64,000 nt of DNA from Candidatus Berkelbacteria bacterium (GTDB taxonomy: Bacteria > Patescibacteriota > UBA1384 > XYA2-FULL-43-10 > 1-14-0-10-43-13), in contig JBAXEI010000003.1 of assembly GCA_037140515.1 (NCBI GenBank), positions 300 through 64,299 of the forward strand, written 5' to 3'. The translations under genes and the position numbers were made by a program. The notes under the pieces are model-generated. The model had not been told where the DNA came from. It saw nothing but the letters and a program-made list of their open reading frames with translations, and made no database searches. Positions 55,831 to 64,000 of the stretch are shown piece after piece (the first letter of the stretch is position 1; each line of letters begins with the position of its first letter).

Positions 55831-57615
55831 TTAGTCTATGACACGTTTCTTGTATGAGGTTTTGAAAGCAACGAAAGTATCACCGACAGCCACATTTGCC
55901 CCGATTGGGAGACCAAAGCCACACTCTGAGCCAGATTGGACCTCTTTGACGTCACTCTTCTCTCTTCGAAGCGAGAGGATCTTCGCTCGGTATTTCTCAT
56001 TTTTGCCTTGGAAAATCTTGATCTCATCGCCGACTGCAAGATGACCGCTCTCGACCATACCGCCAGCAACATAGCCCTTTTTGTCATCGCGGAAGATTCC
56101 TAGAACTTTGCCGTTTCCAACTTCGTCTTCGATGACGATTGGAGGCAAGATTGCGACGATTTCTTCTTTGATATAATCAATCATTTCGTAAATAATTGGG
56201 AAAAGCTTGAACTTGACCTGCTCTTTGTCAGCGATTCGCTTGGCTGCGCCAAACATTGCAACGCGAAAACCAAGAACTTGTGCGCCGGTCGCTCTAGCAA
56301 GAGTAATGTCCGATTCTGAAATTGTACCAACGCCATCAGCGATTATCTTGATCTGATAATCTTCGCCATAAATATTTGCAAGTGATGATTTGACCGCCTC
56401 AAGCGAGCCAACAACATCGCATTTGATGATAAGTTTGAGCTCATGCATCTCTGTCGCCTCTTCGCCGTCTTCGTGAGAAATTTTTCTCGCAGTTGCAATT
56501 CTGATGGTTGGTTTGAATTGCTCGGCCTTGATAGCATTTTCACGAGCTTCTTTCTCATCCGTGAAAGCAAGAAGTCTATCGCCAAAATTTGGCATAGATT
56601 TGAGTCCTGCAATCCGAACTGGTGTGCTTGGACCTGCGGATTCAATCGTTCGGCTTGCAAAGTCTTCTAAGATTCTGACTTTACCGTATGAAGAACCGAT
56701 CGCGATTGGCTGGCCACGGCGGATTGTACCGTTTTCGATAAGTACAGTCGCCATCGCGCCTGCGCCTTTTTGCATATGAGATTCAATCACAACACCAACG
56801 GCAACTTCAGCTGGATTTGCCTTGAGCTCCATCATTTCTGCTTGAAGCAAGATCATCTCAAGAAGGGCATCGATGCCGAGGCCGGTTTTGGCCGAGACCT
56901 CAACCATGACGGTTTTGCCGCCCCACTCTTCTGGCAAGAGTCCTGCATCAGAGAGCTGCTGCTTCACCTTCATGATATCAGCGTCAGGAAGATCTACTTT
57001 GTTTATCGCAACGATCAGAGGAACGCTAGTTGAAATTGCATTTTCAATAATTTCTCTTGTTTGTGGCATGACACCATCATTTGCAGCAACTATCAAAACT
57101 ACAATATCGGTAATAAGAGCACCGTGCTCACGCATAGCTGAAAAAGCGGCATGACCAGGAGTATCAATGAAAGTAATAGTTTTACCTTTGACATCTTTGT
57201 TTTTCGCATTTGTGAGAGTGACTTGATAAGCCGAGATATGCTGCGTGATTCCACCTGATTCACCGAGAGCAACATGCTCTTTGCGAATAGAGTCGAGCAA
57301 AGTAGTTTTGCCATGGTCTACGTGACCCATAATCGTAACGACTGGAGGGCGCTCGACGAGATCTTTTGGAGCCGAAACGACACGGACAGCCGAGTTTGTC
57401 TTCTTCACCTCTTCTTCGAGAGAAACCTCATAGTTCAGGTATTCTCCAATGATTGAAGCCGTTTCAAAATCAATAGTTTCATTGATAGAAGCCAAAATAC
57501 CATTTTTCATGAGCTCGGAAATGACAACACCTACCGGAAGGTTAGCTTTTTCAGCAAAAGCTTTGACGGTGATGACTGCTGGGATTGAAATTGGTTTTTT
57601 CTTGATTTCGATCAT
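55831..57615 (-). CDS. infB: Translation initiation factor IF-2 (short form)
   Basis: [35 protein letters not shown]. Confidence 0.97.
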   Translation of the reverse strand: MIEIKKKPISIPAVITVKAFAEKANLPVGVVISELMKNGILASINETIDFETASIIGEYLNYEVSLEEEVKKTNSAVRVVSAPKDLVERPPVVTIMGHVDHGKTTLLDSIRKEHVALGESGGITQHISAYQVTLTNAKNKDVKGKTITFIDTPGHAAFSAMREHGALITDIVVLIVAANDGVMPQTREIIENAISTSVPLIVAINKVDLPDADIMKVKQQLSDAGLLPEEWGGKTVMVEVSAKTGLGIDALLEMILLQAEMMELKANPAEVAVGVVIESHMQKGAGAMATVLIENGTIRRGQPIAIGSSYGKVRILEDFASRTIESAGPSTPVRIAGLKSMPNFGDRLLAFTDEKEARENAIKAEQFKPTIRIATARKISHEDGEEATEMHELKLIIKCDVVGSLEAVKSSLANIYGEDYQIKIIADGVGTISESDITLARATGAQVLGFRVAMFGAAKRIADKEQVKFKLFPIIYEMIDYIKEEIVAILPPIVIEDEVGNGKVLGIFRDDKKGYVAGGMVESGHLAVGDEIKIFQGKNEKYRAKILSLRREKSDVKEVQSGSECGFGLPIGANVAVGDTFVAFKTSYKKRVID

Positions 57616-57733
57616 GTTTTAGCCTTATTGCATGCTAGTTATTAAGTATTTACCATAGCATACTTTCTGCTTCAAAGCAACTTGAAGCGCCTCCTTTTGA
57701 GAAGCTAGATACTCATACCTATCCAAAAATCGA

Positions 57734-57767
57734 AATAGCCAGCCACTTTTTACTGCGGCTGGCTATT
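57734..57767 (-). terminator. Hairpin after gyrA
   Basis: AATAGCCAGCC...GGCTGGCTATT. Confidence 0.6.
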
Positions 57768-57775
57768 GTCCCCTA

Positions 57776-60733
57776 TTATTTCTCTTCGCTCTCGGCAATA
57801 TGATTATCGTAATATTTTACATGTAGATTTGCCTTGATCTCATCTTCTTTTTTCTCCGCTGGAGTAGCAGCTGCTTTTACGACTGGTGCCTTTGCAGGCG
57901 TCTTCGCAACTGACTTTTTCTCGGTTGAAGCTGGAGCAATCTCCTTCTTTGCAGCTACCTTTAGAGCAGCTGGAGTCCCAAGCTCTTTCTCATCGTCAAA
58001 GGTGATTTGGCTCTGATCGTCAGTAATAGTATTTGTCTCGTCTGGAATGATGACCGCGACTGAAGAAACTTTGTCAGTTTCTTTCAATCTCATAAGAGTC
58101 ACGCCCTGAGTATCACGACCAAGCTTTTTGATATTCTTGATCTCCATACGAATGAACTGACCTTTTCGTGAAGCAAGAACAACGTCGCCAAGCTCGCTGT
58201 AGATGATGTGCATACCAATAACATTTCCGGTTCTGGTCGTACAGCTTGCGGCGCGAATTCCCATGCCACCACGTTTTTGAATATGGAAGTGTCTCAAATA
58301 TGTGCGTTTACCGAAGCCATTTTCAAGAACAACAAGCATATCTGGCTCGACTTTTAGCTTCTTCGAACTCTCTGTTGGCCAGAGCTCGCCAGAGACCATA
58401 TCCATCGCCATAACCTTGTCATTGCCACGGAGTTTCATACCAGTCACGCCTGAGGCACTTCGGCCCATAGGACGGACGTCTTGCTCGTCGTAGCAAATTG
58501 CTTGACCTTTTTCGGAAACTTCGACGATGATATCGCTACCGTTTGAAGTCTTGACCCACTTCAACTCATCCTTGTCCTTGAGACCGATCGCGATAATACC
58601 TGTTTTTCTTATATTGTCATACTTTTCGATCTCTGTTTTCTTTATTTGACCGAGAACTGTACCCATGATGAAGAATTTCTCATTTTTTTCGTTCTTAGAA
58701 ACGGTCAAAATGGCGGTGATCTTCTCATCCTGCGTAATTTGTATGATATTTACTACAGGCGTTCCCTTCGATTGTCTCGAAGTGGATGGCAGCTCATAAA
58801 CCTTGCTCTTAAATACTCTGCCTTTGTTTGAGAAGAAGTAGACATCATCATGCGTTCTAGCGCAGACCAAATGATCAACAATATCCTCTTCCTTTGTGGT
58901 CATTCCGACGACTCCAACGCCGCCGCGAATTTGTTTACGATATGTATCGACTTCCTGACGTTTGATGTAGTTACCACGGCTGAGAGAGACAATTACCTGT
59001 TCATCAGGAATTAGGTCCTCAGCGCGGAAATCGCCGAGTGCATGAGGTACGATCTCGGTTCGGCGAGCATCTCCCCACTTTTCAGATACTTCTTTGAGAT
59101 CGGCTTTGATAAGTCCGAGGATTTTTTCTGGATGATCAAGAAGATCAAGCAGATATGCGATTCGATCGAGAATCTCTTTGTACTCGTCTTCGATTCTCTT
59201 TCGCTCAAGAGCAGCCAAAGCAGATAATTTCATATCCAAGATAGCATCGGCTTGGCGATCAGAAAGGGCAAATTTCTCCATCAAATTTTTCTTTGCATCA
59301 TCTCTATTTGCAGACGCTCTGATCGTGTTGATGACTTCATCAATATGGTCAAGCGCGATCTTCAAACCTTCGAGAATATGAGCTCTGTCCTGTGCCTTCT
59401 TGAGGTCAAAACGAGTTCGTCTCTCAATAACTTCCTGCCGATGAGCAATATAGAAGCCAAGAACGTCCTTAAGTGTCATGACCTGAGGTTCAAGATCAGG
59501 AGTAAGTGCTAGCATATTTACATGAAAAGCAGTTTGAAGCTGTGTAAGCTCGAAAAGTCTATTTAGAACCTTTTTTGGATAAGAATTAGCCTTGAGCTCG
59601 ATTACAACGCGAACGCCCTTTCGATCTGACTCATCACGAAGGTCAGAGATGCCGTCAATCTTCTTCTCTTTGACCAAATCAGCAATTCGCTCGATCATCG
59701 TCGATTTGTTCACCTGATATGGGATTTCGGTGACGATAATGCGGAAACCACGCTTTGTCTCTTCGATATTGGCTTTCGCTCTCATAACAATCTTGCCTTT
59801 ACCCGTAGAGTAAGCGAGCTTGATATCTTCATTATTATAAATGATACCTGCAGTTGGGAAGTCAGGACCCTTGATGTGGACCATAAGGTCATCAATCGTG
59901 GCATCTGGATTATCGATCAGGTGAATTGTGCCATTGCAAAGCTCGACTAAATTGTGTGGTGGGATGTTCGTCGCCATACCAACAGCGATACCCATCGTAC
60001 CGTTCAGCAAAAGCTGAGGGACGCGAGCTGGCAAGACGACTGGCTCCTGAGTAGTACCATCGTATGTATCGGTCCAGTTTACAGTGTCTTTGTCCATGTC
60101 GAGGAGCATTTCCTCGGCGATCGCAGACATACGGCACTCCGTATAACGCATGGCAGCAGCCGAGTCACCATCCATCGAACCGAAGTTACCCTGACCATCT
60201 ACCATCATATAACGCATCGAGAAATCTTGGGCCATACGGACGAGTGTCTCGTAGACAGCCGTGTCACCATGTGGATGGTAGTTACCAATAACTTCACCAA
60301 CGACTTTCGCCGATTTTCGATATTTCACATTATGCCGAAGACCAGTGGCATGCATCGCATAGAGAACGCGACGATGAACTGGCTTCAAACCATCTCGAAC
60401 ATCAGGAAGGGCACGAGAAACGATGACGCTCATCGCATAGTCAAGATATGATGTTTCCATCTCGAGGACGAGGTCACGAGGGTGCATGAAACCGATCAGC
60501 GGATCGTATTTGTCCTCTGTGATCGAATTGTCATCCATTGATTCGTTTTTGACAAAAGAAGATCGCTCGTTTTCTACGACTTGATCTGCATCTGCAAGCA
60601 GCCCTTCATCGCCTTCGGCTGAATCCTTCGGAGAGTCTTCAGGAATCTCCTCGTCTTCAGAGTCTGGAGACTCAATTTCAGCCTCTTCAACGTCTACTTC
60701 CTCTACGTTGTCATCATTTTCTTCTTTATCCAT
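57776..60733 (-). CDS. gyrA: DNA gyrase subunit A
   Basis: RALPDVRDGLKPVHRR, HPHGD, AAMRYTE, GyrA-box-like QIRGGVG, beta-pinwheel repeats. Confidence 0.97.
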   Translation of the reverse strand: MDKEENDDNVEEVDVEEAEIESPDSEDEEIPEDSPKDSAEGDEGLLADADQVVENERSSFVKNESMDDNSITEDKYDPLIGFMHPRDLVLEMETSYLDYAMSVIVSRALPDVRDGLKPVHRRVLYAMHATGLRHNVKYRKSAKVVGEVIGNYHPHGDTAVYETLVRMAQDFSMRYMMVDGQGNFGSMDGDSAAAMRYTECRMSAIAEEMLLDMDKDTVNWTDTYDGTTQEPVVLPARVPQLLLNGTMGIAVGMATNIPPHNLVELCNGTIHLIDNPDATIDDLMVHIKGPDFPTAGIIYNNEDIKLAYSTGKGKIVMRAKANIEETKRGFRIIVTEIPYQVNKSTMIERIADLVKEKKIDGISDLRDESDRKGVRVVIELKANSYPKKVLNRLFELTQLQTAFHVNMLALTPDLEPQVMTLKDVLGFYIAHRQEVIERRTRFDLKKAQDRAHILEGLKIALDHIDEVINTIRASANRDDAKKNLMEKFALSDRQADAILDMKLSALAALERKRIEDEYKEILDRIAYLLDLLDHPEKILGLIKADLKEVSEKWGDARRTEIVPHALGDFRAEDLIPDEQVIVSLSRGNYIKRQEVDTYRKQIRGGVGVVGMTTKEEDIVDHLVCARTHDDVYFFSNKGRVFKSKVYELPSTSRQSKGTPVVNIIQITQDEKITAILTVSKNEKNEKFFIMGTVLGQIKKTEIEKYDNIRKTGIIAIGLKDKDELKWVKTSNGSDIIVEVSEKGQAICYDEQDVRPMGRSASGVTGMKLRGNDKVMAMDMVSGELWPTESSKKLKVEPDMLVVLENGFGKRTYLRHFHIQKRGGMGIRAASCTTRTGNVIGMHIIYSELGDVVLASRKGQFIRMEIKNIKKLGRDTQGVTLMRLKETDKVSSVAVIIPDETNTITDDQSQITFDDEKELGTPAALKVAAKKEIAPASTEKKSVAKTPAKAPVVKAAATPAEKKEDEIKANLHVKYYDNHIAESEEK

Positions 60734-60750
60734 ATGTGTATCCTATATAT

Positions 60751-62862
<2,112 letters not shown>

Positions 62863-62912
62863 CTATTTTAGCGCCTTTTTTCGAATGTGGCAAGGCATTT
62901 CATGTACAAAAT

Positions 62913-64000
62913 TTACAGTTTGTGCGTAGAAATTATTTGATTTAGGTGAGCTAGAATATTTTTTTTGAAAATTTCTTTTGTAAACTTCTCAGCTTGAGCT
63001 CGGATTTTCTCAGAATCTAGGTCTAGCTTCTCAAGACATGCGACGGCACCAATAATCGAATCTGCGCTCTGTTCATCAAAAAGTACGCCAGTAACCCCGT
63101 CAATTACCGATTCGCTCTGTCCGCCCGTTCTGAAGGCAATCACAGGACGTCCAGCAGCCATGGCCTCGACTGGGACGATACCAAAATCTTCTTCCGCTGC
63201 AAAAACAAGCGCTTTTGCGTGTGAAAATATGCTTCGGAGCTCCTCTCCGAATTTGCCACCAAGGAATTCAACATTTTTGTTTGCGGAAGCCTCAAGCTTC
63301 TTGCGATCTGGACCGTAGCCAACAACTTTCAGTGGCAACTTTAGTTTATTGAAAGCTTCTATGACAATGTCACACCTTTTGTAATCAACTAGACGACTAA
63401 CAAAAAGGTAATAATCCTCAATCTCCGACTCTGGCAAGACCGTGAATTTCTCAACATCGATTGGCGGATAGACAACTTCGGCATCACGTTTATAGATTTT
63501 CTTAATACGATCAGCAATGTACTTCGAATTTGACATGAAATAATCAACTCGATCAGCGGCAACACGATCCCAGATACGCATTTGATGAATAGTTTTTTTT
63601 CTCAGCCATTGAAAAGCACCTCTTGCAGCGCGCGGGTCAACTTCTGGGTTCCACAAATATCTAGGTGGTGTATGGCAATATGAAACATGAATTGTTTCTG
63701 GCTTCGTAATCACGCCTTTTGCAGCCACGGTTGTGCTAGAGATGACAAGATCATACTTTGAGAGGTCAAACTGTTCAAACGCGATCGGTGTGAAAGGAAT
63801 TAGAACTTCTCTTTTCTTCTTCATAAACGGAATATTCTGCAAAATCGAGGTTCTGATATCGAAACCCTTGAAAGCAGGGGCCTTCTTCTCATCATAGACA
63901 GCAGTATAAATGGGCGCTTTTGGGAAAAGCTCCTTAAGTGCTAAGAGGACTTTTTCTGCTCCGGCAACGTTTGTGATCCACTCATGGACGAGTGCGATAT
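62913..64000 (-). CDS. Glycosyltransferase family 4, 5' end outside the window
   Basis: Frame stays open to the window edge (IALVHEWITNVAGAEKV); YCHTPPRY, VSRLVDYKR, EDFGIVPVEAMAAG. Confidence 0.92.
   Translation of the reverse strand, partial: IALVHEWITNVAGAEKVLLALKELFPKAPIYTAVYDEKKAPAFKGFDIRTSILQNIPFMKKKREVLIPFTPIAFEQFDLSKYDLVISSTTVAAKGVITKPETIHVSYCHTPPRYLWNPEVDPRAARGAFQWLRKKTIHQMRIWDRVAADRVDYFMSNSKYIADRIKKIYKRDAEVVYPPIDVEKFTVLPESEIEDYYLFVSRLVDYKRCDIVIEAFNKLKLPLKVVGYGPDRKKLEASANKNVEFLGGKFGEELRSIFSHAKALVFAAEEDFGIVPVEAMAAGRPVIAFRTGGQSESVIDGVTGVLFDEQSADSIIGAVACLEKLDLDSEKIRAQAEKFTKEIFKKNILAHLNQIISTHKL

Overview
Core-chromosome window from a streamlined bacterium, most consistent with Patescibacteria/CPR (inference from: no L30 gene between rpsE and rplO, truncated PheS, AspRS without the GAD domain, Lys/Ala/Glu-rich ribosomal-protein tails; ORFs read with code 11). 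Almost all housekeeping genes are on the minus strand: gyrB-gyrA, infB, cdaA-cdaR, LysM/M23 peptidase, obg, rpoB-rpoC, the str/S10/spc/alpha clusters, rplM-rpsI, rbfA, pheST, aspS, rluB and a D,D-carboxypeptidase. Four accessory blocks of mostly single-gene cassettes interrupt this backbone (about 6.9-10.1, 17.3-19.0, 32.6-35.5 and 48.8-55.6 kb). The most striking unexplained feature is a ~760-nt ORF-free, hairpin-rich gap between rpsJ and rplC. It carries a rare tRNA-Val with anticodon AAC, followed 20 nt later by a second, non-canonical 73-nt cloverleaf with the same AAC triplet and an encoded ACCA end. Other notable signals are a synonymously recoded duplicate of the rpsG 3' end (likely an integration scar), a stand-alone and apparently inactivated homolog of the CRISPR-associated NrN phosphodiesterase, an EF-G with an NKxN G4 motif, six dRS3/REP-like palindromic elements, cassettes bracketed by duplicated terminators, an L36 with an 11-aa insertion, and candidate leaderless promoters. 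All assignments are from motif reading and recall; no database search was run.
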